A stretch of 64,000 bases of DNA from sequence record NC_019401.1. One strand, given 5' to 3'. The position numbers were made by a program, and so were the translations under genes. Under the pieces are notes generated by a model. The model saw nothing but the letters and a program-made list of their open reading frames with translations, was not told the DNA's origin and made no database searches. Numbering within the stretch: the stretch's first letter is position 1; every line of letters begins with the position of its first letter. Of the stretch, positions 43,956 to 54,100 are shown in pieces.

Positions 43956-44396
43956 ATGACACGTATTAATTTAGTACCAGTACAAGAATTAGCTGATCAG
44001 CATTTGATGGCAGAATACCGTGAATTGCCACGTGTATTTGGTGCAGTACAAAAACACATCGATGCAGGGAAAAAGATTAAAGATTTTAAAATCAGCCCAA
44101 CGTACATTCTCGGTACTGGTCATGTGACTTTCTTCTACGACAAATTACTGTACCTTAGTAACAGGCATGAACAAATAGTACTTGAATGTCTAAAACGTGG
44201 AATCAATATAAGTAATATCGAAAAGTACAATATTTCACATTTTCCGTCAGTATGGTGTAATGATTATGAACCATCTGAACAAGAGATTGAAATTTCTCGT
44301 GCACGTTTGATTGAAAAACTTATTTTGAAACCAAAATGGTATAAGTTTAGTACTGACTCCGTTCCAAAGTACTACGAAGATATGCTGAATTTTTGA
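43956..44396 (+). CDS. denV: pyrimidine-dimer DNA glycosylase / endonuclease V
   Basis: MTRINL...[21 protein letters not shown]...[13 protein letters not shown], closely matching T4 DenV. Confidence 0.95.
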   Translation: MTRINLVPVQELADQHLMAEYRELPRVFGAVQKHIDAGKKIKDFKISPTYILGTGHVTFFYDKLLYLSNRHEQIVLECLKRGINISNIEKYNISHFPSVWCNDYEPSEQEIEISRARLIEKLILKPKWYKFSTDSVPKYYEDMLNF

Positions 44397-44452
44397 CATT
44401 TCGTTAACACGGTCTACTATATAATTTCCTTACATAAAACAGTAGGTGAATT

Positions 44453-44638
44453 ATGATAAGCCAGTATATGGTAGACCGTCTGAAGGAGAAAGGATTTCAC
44501 ATTATCAGCCATGATGATAGTGAAGTAGTGGTTAAAGGTACACGTAAAAGTATTAACGAACGTGACTGGACAGCAGAAGATGATGTACCTTTGTACAGTG
44601 ATCGCGAAATACGCAGGTTCCTGGAAGTACACGGTTAA
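44453..44638 (+). CDS. hypothetical protein
   Basis: ORF track. Confidence 0.6.
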   Translation: MISQYMVDRLKEKGFHIISHDDSEVVVKGTRKSINERDWTAEDDVPLYSDREIRRFLEVHG

Positions 44639-44648
44639 TTTCAAAAAA

Positions 44649-44681
44649 GGGTTGACTTGGGTCAACCCTTTTTGCTATCAT
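44649..44681 (+). promoter_or_regulatory. composite terminator/promoter
   Basis: GGGTTGAC-TTGG-GTCAACCC-TTTTT; TTGACT-N18-TATCAT. Confidence 0.7.
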
Positions 44682-45115
44682 TAGAGCATACCGAAACTGT
44701 AGAGATGAACAAAATGGAAAATGCTTATCCTGAGAACTTATTGAAAATTCGTGCAGTAATTACTATTAATTATATTCCTACACAGCCTGAAAGCGAACTG
44801 TTTAATGAAGTTCAGGATGCACTTCGCATTTTAATTGAGAGTTACGCTAAGCGTAACAATTCGGAAAAAGATCATGAATATTATGCATTCATGACAGAAA
44901 CATTTTTAACAGATTTTCAAAAGTACGACGATGATGTTTTTATATGGTTCATCCGTGAACTTACTGCTTCGAATGTTTGCATCAAGTATAAAGATGTTCC
45001 AATGTTCAAATCTGTTGTACAGCATTATGGACCGATTTTGCGTAGTGCTCGGTGCATGAATATTAAACCGCACGAGTTAGAAGAATACATGTTCCGGCGG
45101 AATCTTATGCAATGA
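44657..45115 (+). CDS. hypothetical protein
   Basis: Real start probably ATG about 44705. Confidence 0.65.
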   Translation: MGQPFLLSLEHTETVEMNKMENAYPENLLKIRAVITINYIPTQPESELFNEVQDALRILIESYAKRNNSEKDHEYYAFMTETFLTDFQKYDDDVFIWFIRELTASNVCIKYKDVPMFKSVVQHYGPILRSARCMNIKPHELEEYMFRRNLMQ

Positions 45116-45309
45116 CCGCCACACAACGACAAGATTTGTGTTTCTTTGGTGGTTTAGCTATTGCAGTACTAATTCTGTTAATCGGTGCGGTTCTTACAGT
45201 ACTGTATAACAAGGAATGGATACTTCCAGTAACGGGAATCATTGCAATAGCATTATCTTTCCTGTATATTGAACTGATATTAAAATTCGTAAAGGTGAAG
45301 CTAAAATGA
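45112..45309 (+). CDS. small two-TM protein
   Basis: Hydrophobic; ATGA overlap. Confidence 0.6.
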   Translation: MTATQRQDLCFFGGLAIAVLILLIGAVLTVLYNKEWILPVTGIIAIALSFLYIELILKFVKVKLK

Positions 45310-45539
45310 TTTATCAATACGCAATTGTTGACGAAGAATCAGAAGAAGTAATCGGTAAGTATGTGAACACTATCAAACCGTTCAAAATGCGTAATATCGA
45401 ATACACGTTGAAATCGCCCGATGGCGAAATACTGGCACATGGTAAAGCCTTTCTTTCTCGGACTCAGCGTTTTTGGGATGAAGTGAAAGATCCTTTATTC
45501 AGTGCTAAACTTGAAAACAACTTGGTAATTGAGGGATAA
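45306..45539 (+). CDS. hypothetical protein
   Basis: ATGA overlap. Confidence 0.6.
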   Translation: MIYQYAIVDEESEEVIGKYVNTIKPFKMRNIEYTLKSPDGEILAHGKAFLSRTQRFWDEVKDPLFSAKLENNLVIEG

Positions 45540-46002
45540 AATGAACACACCTCAGCAACATACGTTGGAACAAGCAAAAGCCCTGCTGGATAGTGCAGAT
45601 CATGGTGATCCACTTCATTGGGAACTCGCAAAATATCTGTTCCGTAACATGAATTCAGTTGAATTCGCAATCAAATCTGGATGGCTTCAGAATTCATCAG
45701 ACGATGACAAAGAATTCTCTGAAAAATTTGTTTCGTTGCGTGACCAATACCAACAGTTGTTCGAAGATGAATCGGGTACTGCATCTGTACCAGAATATTG
45801 CACTGAAGTAATTCCAGATATTCTGGATTACTACGACTTTAGTACTGAAGCGGGTCAAATCATTCTCAACATGATTAAGACACATGTCGCTCAGAACTAT
45901 GCGGCTGGTATGGAAAACAATCCAGATGAGTACGCTAAACTGAATCAGGAGATTCAGGGAAAGATCGAAAAAATTGACCAAAATATGAAACCACAAAATT
46001 AA
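45529..46002 (+). CDS. hypothetical protein
   Basis: GAGGG RBS before ATG 45541. Confidence 0.7.
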   Translation: MRDKMNTPQQHTLEQAKALLDSADHGDPLHWELAKYLFRNMNSVEFAIKSGWLQNSSDDDKEFSEKFVSLRDQYQQLFEDESGTASVPEYCTEVIPDILDYYDFSTEAGQIILNMIKTHVAQNYAAGMENNPDEYAKLNQEIQGKIEKIDQNMKPQN

Positions 46003-46014
46003 TTGTGGTATAAT
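45986..46014 (+). promoter_or_regulatory. TGAAAC-N17-TATAAT promoter (RNA-gene class)
   Basis: Directly upstream of an ORF-less structured region. Confidence 0.75.
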
Positions 46015-46020
46015 CATATA

Positions 46021-46500
46021 GACAATCCTGTTTGATAGGGAGGGTTAAACCTCCCTAATGATTTGCACCCACTTCAATGAAAATGTAATTGATGGATGAG
46101 AAGTTCAAGCAGTTCGCAGAGCAAAAGAAACCCGTCAGGATTCGGCATAGTTTGTACCGACCACGGCAATGCGGCTCTATAAAGAAGTACATCTAATCGT
46201 TATCAGTACTTCCTCGATAGACATATAAGTGCAACCTTACCAAAACGATAAGGGAGAATATGCACCGATTTTGTACAATATAGATCCGTCCAAAATTTGT
46301 GAATCATATTCAAGTACTTTGTTTGATTGTATAGACAAGTATTAAGTGAGCTAAGACCTCGACCGTTGTTAGAACTGAAATAGGAAGAAACAGGACAACC
46401 CGCTTCCGTGCTGCAAAGCAATTTTCAATACAATTGCCGACGACTATCATCGTCAGTTTTCATCCTCCAGCGGGGGGATGAAAATGCCTCAACAAATCTC
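46021..46500 (+). ncRNA. candidate structured non-coding RNA (about 0.48 kb)
   Basis: RNA-class promoter; helices AATCCTG/CAGGATT, TAGGGAGG/CCTCCCTA, GAAGTAC/GTACTTC, TTTTCATCC/GGATGAAAA. Confidence 0.65.
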
Positions 46501-46653
46501 GTCAGTAATAAATGTGTTTAACGTGGTACAGTTGAATTTTAAATAAATGATTTTCTTGCGGCGAAGCGTAAGAAAATCCTTGACTTGCGACAGCAAGGCG
46601 AGTACGATACATTCATTCACACAGAATAACTACTTTTCATTTAGGGGTATTAC

Positions 46654-47454
46654 ATGGGTACTATCTATCTTGCTGCGGATCTCAGTGACGTTACTGAAGA
46701 TAATGTTTCAGACTTTTGTTTTGATAAAATTGAATGTTCTGAACTTGAGAATATTCCCAACATTGATGCTGTTCGTGCAGTTCTTGTAAAATCTAATATC
46801 TCTCGCGAGATGCAAGATCACCTGAACAGTCTTCGCCAATTAAGTAAGGAAGAATGTCTTTCTATTTTAGAACATTCTGATAGGGTATATACCTCTCGCA
46901 TTTTACAACACCAGTACGATCTCGATGTGATTTATAAGTACCTCGATAAACTGGACATTTGTTACGTAGAAACACAAGATTCTCTTGACGCTCAATTCGT
47001 TGAGAAGTACTATGACGATATGGATATGTCTGGTTTTGTCAAGTACCGTGCACAGCTTGGCGACATTGATAAGTTCATGAACATTCCAATGGTGTGGAAT
47101 TATTATGCGAAACGTGTGTTGAACTATGATACACCGATTGAAGAAGTTGAACAGTACATTCGTCGTCTGAATCCGAATGTGAACGTTGATGTAATGCACA
47201 CTGTACTTAATAAATTGTACTTAACTCCAGTTAACGCTACTACGTTAGCAGCGGCATATTCTAATCGTAATCGTTCGAGCCATTCTGTCGATACAGTTGT
47301 TAATTATTACAACCGTAATCATGGCAACTCGTATGAAAACTGGTTCGCATATGTTGCTGATGGGGAGCGTCAAAATGAAACTGCGTTGATTGATGTGTGG
47401 TTCAAAGATCATTTCATGCCTGAACTTCGCGAACTGGCTAACGTTCAAAACTAA
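46654..47454 (+). CDS. helical-repeat family protein 1
   Basis: FVEKYYDDMD repeat motif. Confidence 0.8.
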   Translation: MGTIYLAADLSDVTEDNVSDFCFDKIECSELENIPNIDAVRAVLVKSNISREMQDHLNSLRQLSKEECLSILEHSDRVYTSRILQHQYDLDVIYKYLDKLDICYVETQDSLDAQFVEKYYDDMDMSGFVKYRAQLGDIDKFMNIPMVWNYYAKRVLNYDTPIEEVEQYIRRLNPNVNVDVMHTVLNKLYLTPVNATTLAAAYSNRNRSSHSVDTVVNYYNRNHGNSYENWFAYVADGERQNETALIDVWFKDHFMPELRELANVQN

Positions 47455-47513
47455 TTTTAACTGTGTGGTACATGTTACCACACATTACATACTTTAAAAT
47501 AAGGTATTAAAAA

Positions 47514-48512
47514 ATGTTAACTATTAAGTCCGATAAAACTTCTCTGCTGGATTTGAGCATTGCAGAACTTCGTCGTGTTGCATGGAAACATATTGACGTT
47601 CGTGAATTTTTGGATGAGTTGGCTGATCCAAAACTACTTACTCGTTTGATGTATGGTTCTGGTAAACAAATCCTGGTAGAAATGACTTCTTACGATCAAT
47701 ATCTTCGGTATTGTCATGAAGATACCATTGCTAAAATGATCGATGCTATGATTGCATTAGGTAATACCTATATCATCGACTCGTCCATGTTCTATGACGG
47801 TAAACAGTACTCGATTGAATTTCTGACAAAATATGCAGATTATATTGCATTGAATTATGTTGAACGTCAGAAATCATTGACTCCAGAATTTGTCGCAAAA
47901 TATAGCCATAAAATGGATATGGAAGATTTCTGGATGCGTTTTGATCGTACCATTGGTATTTCTAATATCAAGCAATTCATCGATTACAATAACGGTATGT
48001 TCCGCGACGAAATTATGGACAGCGAGATTCTACAGTACTGTACTCGTTCGGATCTTATTTCTCTTGATATGGAAGTGCCGGATTTTTATGATACGGTAAT
48101 GACTGAACAGCGTGTGATGAGTGGTGATCCATGTAATGATGGTCAGCGGTCATATGCTATCTGGTTACGCAAATATCGCCGTGTGTTTAATGATCCAGAA
48201 GGTTTCCCAACTTGGAATAATTTACTGGAACTTTATAAAAAGTATCCAAGTATGAATAAAAATTCATATGTTGATTGGCTTTACAGTCGTGCAGTTCATA
48301 ATAGTGAAGAATATGTTTCTGAGTTCGACGAACATTTGTCTTATAATGTTGGAGAAATTTCAGTACATACATATCAGAATATTACTGATACTGAAAATAG
48401 TAATGAAGCACAAGAAGCATTCTTGGTTGAATTTAGTGATGTTCTTACGCCTACACCACGCCGCACACCCGCACGTGATCCGGCAACAGGTCGCTTCGTA
48501 TCGAGCAACTAA
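47514..48512 (+). CDS. helical-repeat family protein 2
   Basis: FVAKYSHKMD repeats; C-terminal DPCNDG domain. Confidence 0.8.
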   Translation: MLTIKSDKTSLLDLSIAELRRVAWKHIDVREFLDELADPKLLTRLMYGSGKQILVEMTSYDQYLRYCHEDTIAKMIDAMIALGNTYIIDSSMFYDGKQYSIEFLTKYADYIALNYVERQKSLTPEFVAKYSHKMDMEDFWMRFDRTIGISNIKQFIDYNNGMFRDEIMDSEILQYCTRSDLISLDMEVPDFYDTVMTEQRVMSGDPCNDGQRSYAIWLRKYRRVFNDPEGFPTWNNLLELYKKYPSMNKNSYVDWLYSRAVHNSEEYVSEFDEHLSYNVGEISVHTYQNITDTENSNEAQEAFLVEFSDVLTPTPRRTPARDPATGRFVSSN

Positions 48513-48577
48513 AGTTAAAAAATTATACTTCCTAATGCCAAACAACTAGTTTGGCATTTTTTATTAAAAGGTAATAT

Positions 48578-49102
48578 ATGTCTACTGTTAAAGCTTCAAA
48601 GCGAGTTTCAATTAATAGCGTTTCAGAACTAATTGCAGCAATTCATACTTATGGCTCTGAGAATGTACGAACTCACGATTCATATGAAATAATTTCATAT
48701 GCATATTGTAATGGTGTTAATACTTCAGAGTGGGTTGAACTTATCAATATTGCTGATGATAGTATCGTTACTAATGCTATTTCTACGTTGTTTTCTGTAG
48801 AAAACTATCTGGATGCGTTTGTTAAAGCGTTTGGTGTATCCAAAGAACAATTCGTACATCATATGAATAACATTGCACTTGAACGGAAGTTATCATTATC
48901 TCGTCTGCACGAAAGTACTTCTCTTGAACAGTTAAACGCACTTGCTGATGCTGGTCTAGCACCTTTGTATTATGTTGAAGTAGTATCTTCAATTGATACT
49001 GATTTCGTTCGTAAGTATTACGACCGAATGGACTTATGTGCACTAGCTCGCCATACATCAAGTCAAGCAGTTCGTGAACTTGCAAATCAACTTAACGATT
49101 AA
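48578..49102 (+). CDS. helical-repeat family protein 3
   Basis: FVRKYYDRMD motif. Confidence 0.75.
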   Translation: MSTVKASKRVSINSVSELIAAIHTYGSENVRTHDSYEIISYAYCNGVNTSEWVELINIADDSIVTNAISTLFSVENYLDAFVKAFGVSKEQFVHHMNNIALERKLSLSRLHESTSLEQLNALADAGLAPLYYVEVVSSIDTDFVRKYYDRMDLCALARHTSSQAVRELANQLND

Positions 49103-49111
49103 GGATTATAA

Positions 49112-49915
49112 ATGGCTGTTATCCATATTACTAATAATTACGATGTGAAAGAAGTAGCTCGTGAACTAAACGATTTCAACTTTAATGATGATATTAGTTT
49201 AAATGATTTTTCTGCTTTAGTCGAAGAAGTTGATCCAAGCGAATATCGTAAATTGCTGTATGCTGGAGTACTATCTTGTGTTAAAGAAGAAGTACCACAA
49301 GAACTGGCAGAAGTACTGGTATCATCCAATATTTCATACGATGAAATTATTCGTTCATTAACTTTGTCTGATTCAATGATTAATAACATCATTACCAATC
49401 ACTTGGATAAAGTAGATGGTGAAGTCTTAATGCGTCAACAAGGAATTACTGATGAACAGTTCGTACATATCATAAACTATGGTTATCAAATTTATCCTGG
49501 TTCTCTAGGTGAATGTATTGGTGAATTGCGTAACGTTGAATATGCTAAGTACATTATCAATAACTGGAATTCAATTCCAAGTTTGTGTGATAATGATATT
49601 AATGACTTCCGCTATGCACTATTCAATCGTTTTGGTTCAGTACTGTTATCGAACGATGAATCTATGACCTTGTTTGGACAAGTTCGTCCTGAACTTAGCT
49701 CAGAAGAATTGCGTAACTATGAACCATGTGCAGAAGGTTGGAAACGCACTTACAAATGGGCGGGTCGTTCTGATAAGAAATACTCCTGGAATGAATTCAT
49801 TGCAAGGCATGTTCTTGCAAATCAGGATAATGTCGATGGTGCAAAATCTGATCTCGAATGGTTAGCAGAAACTCTTTCTGATGAACACGATTATTTTTAC
49901 CATACTAACTGGTAA
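49112..49915 (+). CDS. helical-repeat family protein 4
   Basis: C-terminal LRNYEPCAEGW domain. Confidence 0.75.
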   Translation: MAVIHITNNYDVKEVARELNDFNFNDDISLNDFSALVEEVDPSEYRKLLYAGVLSCVKEEVPQELAEVLVSSNISYDEIIRSLTLSDSMINNIITNHLDKVDGEVLMRQQGITDEQFVHIINYGYQIYPGSLGECIGELRNVEYAKYIINNWNSIPSLCDNDINDFRYALFNRFGSVLLSNDESMTLFGQVRPELSSEELRNYEPCAEGWKRTYKWAGRSDKKYSWNEFIARHVLANQDNVDGAKSDLEWLAETLSDEHDYFYHTNW

Positions 49916-49982
49916 TAATTTTAGGGTTGACTTTTTGTACAGCCCTTGATAAAATGGACTCTTACAATAGAATGGAGTCCAT

Positions 49983-50480
49983 ATGATTAAGTCAGAAGAA
50001 GCTTACCGCAATACATGTTGTATGTGTTGTGGTATTCCTTTAAAAAATGGGAAGTACTTTGAAAAAGAAGATGGTACGTTAGTGCGTTGCACCGTTGACC
50101 ACGTATTACTTAGATCTCTTAACGGTCCAAATACCATCGATAATTTAGTACTTATGTGTCATGATTGTAACCAGCTTCGTGGTAATTTATTTGCTGAATT
50201 GGATCAATTTATTGAATGGTACTGGAGCGATGAACCTTTACCAAAAGAAAAGAATTTTTCATATATACGCAAACAACAACGCCACAAATATACATTTTGT
50301 GATAATAACTTTGTAAAGTCATCATCTAAAGTTAAACAAAATGTTTACAAAGAAGTAATTCCAGTACTTGAACCAACAAGTTCAAAATCAATCTTACTTG
50401 GTACGGTTGAACTTAATGGCTATAAGTACAATCAATATAAACATCCATTATTTGGTACAAGTCTGGTAAAGGTGGAATAA
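49983..50480 (+). CDS. HNH endonuclease
   Basis: CxxC...VDHVLLRSLNGPNTIDNLVLMCHDCNQLRGN. Confidence 0.85.
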   Translation: MIKSEEAYRNTCCMCCGIPLKNGKYFEKEDGTLVRCTVDHVLLRSLNGPNTIDNLVLMCHDCNQLRGNLFAELDQFIEWYWSDEPLPKEKNFSYIRKQQRHKYTFCDNNFVKSSSKVKQNVYKEVIPVLEPTSSKSILLGTVELNGYKYNQYKHPLFGTSLVKVE

Positions 50481-50482
50481 AC

Positions 50483-50800
50483 ATGACTATGTTCGGTTTT
50501 ATGGTTGGTACAGTATTAGTTAACACATTGTTTGCATTCGATGTGTTTATTTCCAAATACCAACGCCGGGCTTCTCTGTGGGGAAGTACTATGATTTTTG
50601 TTGTTGAAAATTATAGTGTTTATACTGTAACACCACTGTGGACACTTGTTTGTCTGTGGCTCGGTGGGTTATTGTTTGGAAATACCGTTAACCCTTTCCA
50701 GATACTTATTTGTGCATGTTTTTGGGCATATATGATTTCTTTGTATATCACAAGCACGTACTATTACTATAAGTGGAAAGTGCCGGAGATGAAAAAATAG
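50483..50800 (+). CDS. membrane protein
   Basis: Three hydrophobic segments. Confidence 0.65.
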   Translation: MTMFGFMVGTVLVNTLFAFDVFISKYQRRASLWGSTMIFVVENYSVYTVTPLWTLVCLWLGGLLFGNTVNPFQILICACFWAYMISLYITSTYYYYKWKVPEMKK

Positions 50801-52011
50801 TGAATGCTTTTACATTCATGGGTCAAACAGTTACATTCAGAGGTCAAACATTTAAATTTACCACATCAATTAAAGTAGATCCTGATGCAACAAAAAATCA
50901 TGTCGTAGATACCACACCAATACCTGTAATTAAAAGGAATAATATGATTGTTTCAGAAGAAGTACGTGAGCAAATCTCTGATATAGCACGTGCAAGTTTA
51001 AAATATGCTAATAGCTTACATTTCCGTGATGTGGTTCGCTATAAGCTCGCAGAGCAGTTGATCAATACTCATAGTGATACCGAATACTATGTTAATGATA
51101 ATGAAAAAGAAGGAAAGAAAACCTTCAAACAAGTAGTTAGTTCTTTCTGTGAAAAACACAATCTCGGTACTATCAGTATGGGATTCCAGGAACTAATTTT
51201 CAACGAAAAACACGTTGTTGGTTCAGCTACGTTTATTCATTATACTGATAAAACATTCGGTTTTAGTTTTGTACTGGATGAAACATTAGTTGAAGATTTT
51301 AAAGAATGTATTAAGAACCGTGAGAATTGTAACAACACTCCGATTCTTAGTCGTTTAAGTCTAGATGGTATGGGTCGCATGAATGAGAATAATATTCTGT
51401 TCAATGCACCTAAAATTAATATGCCATCTAATATCATGTATCCGTGGTTTGAATTCAGTCCTGAAGAACTTGCACAACAGTTCATGGATAGTACTGCAAA
51501 CGTATTAGTACTGTACGGCGATCCAGGTACTGGTAAAACTACATTCATTAAGCGTATGCTAATGGGTGTTGGCTTCGCTGATAATCGCTCTATCAGTGTG
51601 GTGGATACACCAGCAGTAATGCAATCACCAGAACTGGTGAATAACATTTATACATCTAAACATAAAGATATTTTTATCTTTGAAGATGTTGATCGTCATC
51701 TTTATTCCCGCGAAGAAGGTAACGATATTATGGCTGGTCTACTTAACGCAGCAGAAGGTTTAGCTTCACCTGATGTTAAAATCATTATCAGTACTAACAT
51801 CAAAAATCTTTCTGATATTGATAGTGCGTTGATTCGTCCTGGCCGCTGTTTCAAAACTCTTGAGTTCGTTAAACTCAATAAAGAACAGCAGATCGATGTT
51901 CGTGAGTTCTTACAGATGGAAACTGATTCCTGTACTGATGATGAAAAATCTCTTGCAGAAGTTATGAATGATACTGTAACTGATGGTATGAGCGGTTCTG
52001 GCTTTTTATAA
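50773..52011 (+). CDS. AAA+ ATPase
   Basis: Walker A GDPGTGKT, Walker B FIFEDVD, STN sensor, IDSALIRPGR SRH. Confidence 0.9.
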   Translation: MESAGDEKIVNAFTFMGQTVTFRGQTFKFTTSIKVDPDATKNHVVDTTPIPVIKRNNMIVSEEVREQISDIARASLKYANSLHFRDVVRYKLAEQLINTHSDTEYYVNDNEKEGKKTFKQVVSSFCEKHNLGTISMGFQELIFNEKHVVGSATFIHYTDKTFGFSFVLDETLVEDFKECIKNRENCNNTPILSRLSLDGMGRMNENNILFNAPKINMPSNIMYPWFEFSPEELAQQFMDSTANVLVLYGDPGTGKTTFIKRMLMGVGFADNRSISVVDTPAVMQSPELVNNIYTSKHKDIFIFEDVDRHLYSREEGNDIMAGLLNAAEGLASPDVKIIISTNIKNLSDIDSALIRPGRCFKTLEFVKLNKEQQIDVREFLQMETDSCTDDEKSLAEVMNDTVTDGMSGSGFL

Positions 52012-52063
52012 TAATTAGGGATGCTACGGCATCCCTTTTTCACTTGACATTAGGGATTATTTT

Positions 52064-52249
52064 ATGGTACAGTATAAAGTAGTACTCAAAGGTTTGAAAG
52101 ATGGTGAAGATGTATATGAAACTATCGAACTAAATATTGAAGGGAAAACTGAATCAGATGTTGATGCATTGATCCAAGATGCAATCTATCAGGTTCGTCT
52201 GGATAATATGTATTATAAAATGAAATACGTATCGAAGGTAAAATGCTAA
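52064..52249 (+). CDS. hypothetical protein
   Basis: ORF track. Confidence 0.6.
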   Translation: MVQYKVVLKGLKDGEDVYETIELNIEGKTESDVDALIQDAIYQVRLDNMYYKMKYVSKVKC

Positions 52250-52515
52250 TGAGTATGAGTATCCAATCTTATTTGAACCGTTGTAAAGCATCATGGAAAA
52301 CACGTCAGGATGTTAACAGTACCATCAAACAATTACAAGATAAATTGAACTGTCTGATGAAGACTCGCTCAAAAGATTTAAGGAACTCTAAGAATCTGGA
52401 CGAGAAGGTTGTAGTACGTAATCGATACGATAATGATATTAAGTTCTATGATTACCTTCTGTACGTTATTAAGTTAGAGTATTACGATATTATTGGGAAG
52501 CTTAAAAATGTTTAG
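52243..52515 (+). CDS. hypothetical protein
   Basis: ORF track. Confidence 0.55.
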   Translation: MLMSMSIQSYLNRCKASWKTRQDVNSTIKQLQDKLNCLMKTRSKDLRNSKNLDEKVVVRNRYDNDIKFYDYLLYVIKLEYYDIIGKLKNV

Positions 52516-52684
52516 TAAAGAAACATTCAATGAATTAAATCGCATTCTGGAAGAAGATGATTTCTTCGAAATGCCGTCTGGTTTGTCCAGAGAAGAAATG
52601 CGACAGTTCATAATTGATTGTGCTGAAGGTAAAATTGAACCATCGACGAAAGGAAGTAAGCGTGATTTATCAAATGATTGTTAA
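52493..52684 (+). CDS. hypothetical protein
   Basis: ORF track. Confidence 0.5.
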   Translation: MGSLKMFSKETFNELNRILEEDDFFEMPSGLSREEMRQFIIDCAEGKIEPSTKGSKRDLSNDC

Positions 52685-52829
52685 GGCATTAAAAGAGATG
52701 CAGGAATACGGTACTGATATTGGTAACGCAGTGAAGTACTGTTCAGAGAATGCATTTGATTTGGTTCAGAAATACGAAGAAGGCACAGCATTGGAAGAAT
52801 TGTTAAGCATTTGTTTGGATAATAAATAA
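52614..52829 (+). CDS. hypothetical protein
   Basis: ORF track; true start probably downstream. Confidence 0.45.
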   Translation: MIVLKVKLNHRRKEVSVIYQMIVKALKEMQEYGTDIGNAVKYCSENAFDLVQKYEEGTALEELLSICLDNK

Positions 52830-52862
52830 ATGAAAGGAAATCATTCAATAAGGATATAAATC

Positions 52863-53135
52863 ATGATTCATCCAAATATGAACGTCATAAAGAAATGGAA
52901 TTCTATCAAGATTTCTAAACTTGGTGACTTGCTTAAATCACAAGGTTTTCACTTTGTTAAAGCTTTTAGTACTGATGAGCACAGAATTTTCGTCAGCGAG
53001 GACAACTCACTGATGATTATTTTTGAACGCAATGTTGGTAAAGTATACAACACAAAAGACCGCAAAAGTCCTTTACATTCTTTCAGCGTCATCGCTGAGG
53101 GGCCAAAGTTAAATGACGTAAAGCGTGGAATTTAA
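52863..53135 (+). CDS. hypothetical protein
   Basis: AAGGA RBS; terminator follows. Confidence 0.65.
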   Translation: MIHPNMNVIKKWNSIKISKLGDLLKSQGFHFVKAFSTDEHRIFVSEDNSLMIIFERNVGKVYNTKDRKSPLHSFSVIAEGPKLNDVKRGI

Positions 53136-53180
53136 ACAATAAAGCTCAACTATGTTGGGCTTTTATTTTAACTAAAAATA

Positions 53181-53960
53181 ATGAATACAAAAATCTGCTC
53201 CACTTGTAAACTTTCTAAAAGTATTGATGAATTCTATTATTTGAAATCTGAAAATCGTTACCGAAGTAATTGCAAAAAATGCTCTAATATTTCTTCTAAA
53301 TTAACTCGTAAAGTAAAAGATAAAACAAACTTTAATACGTTGTTAGAGAAAAAAGAATATAATAGAAAATTAATACATCGAATAAAAGTACTGAAAGGAT
53401 GCTATGTTTGTGGTGTCAAGTTCAGTGAGTGCTTAGATCTACATCACGTCAATAAAGACGAAAAGGAAATGACTCCATCTGCAATGACATCTAAAAGTAC
53501 TGAATTTGTTAGAAGTGAATTACGTAAATGTGTTGTGTTATGCACTAATCATCATCGTATGGTTCATTCAGGTAGGATTGAAATATATAAAAAATGGTTG
53601 ACTTGGGTCAGCCATTTTGCTATTGTAGAAGTAATGAAATGTCTGACTGAGGTCAATAAAATGAACGTTAAAATCGAACTGAACCAGATCTTTACAAAAG
53701 AACGCCTTATCAAAGAGCTTAAACATATCGTTGAAAATATCGAACGTTTCGACCGTTATGACCCAATTCGCCATGTTCCAATTCAAGGTACTGTTACAGT
53801 GGCGAAGGAAGGTGAATTCGCCAAGTACGCATTGTTAGATCGCCGGAATGATCGGGTCATTCGTTACTACTCTGACGACGAATATAAAAATGGCTCAATT
53901 GAACAATACGATCATGTTACCCAATGTTTGATTGAAATCGAAACCAACACGATAGTATAA
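53181..53960 (+). CDS. HNH endonuclease reading in frame into a separate downstream gene (ATG 53661)
   Basis: CxxC..CxxC, CYVCG..LDLHH..C..LC.NHHRMVH; internal terminator/promoter at 53595-53626 and GAGG-ATG at 53661. Confidence 0.7.
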   Translation: MNTKICSTCKLSKSIDEFYYLKSENRYRSNCKKCSNISSKLTRKVKDKTNFNTLLEKKEYNRKLIHRIKVLKGCYVCGVKFSECLDLHHVNKDEKEMTPSAMTSKSTEFVRSELRKCVVLCTNHHRMVHSGRIEIYKKWLTWVSHFAIVEVMKCLTEVNKMNVKIELNQIFTKERLIKELKHIVENIERFDRYDPIRHVPIQGTVTVAKEGEFAKYALLDRRNDRVIRYYSDDEYKNGSIEQYDHVTQCLIEIETNTIV

Positions 53961-54015
53961 AAATCTATTTTGAACCTTCAACATCACGTTTAAAAGTTTA
54001 AAGAATAAAGAAAAA

Positions 54016-54048
54016 GGGGTTGACTTCGGTCAGCCCTTTTGATATTCT
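54016..54048 (+). promoter_or_regulatory. composite terminator/promoter
   Basis: GGGGTTGAC-TTCG-GTCAGCCC-TTTT; TTGACT-N17-TATTCT. Confidence 0.75.
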
Positions 54049-54100
54049 TCTGTCATTGAATAGAGCTAATACTTAACACTTTAATGTAGGAACGAAAAAC

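Noticed and set aside
46203-46421. Minus-strand 72-aa ORF; also the RNA as tmRNA or RNase P
   Set aside because: No RBS for the ORF; no tRNA-like ends or tag frame, and no verifiable P4 consensus.
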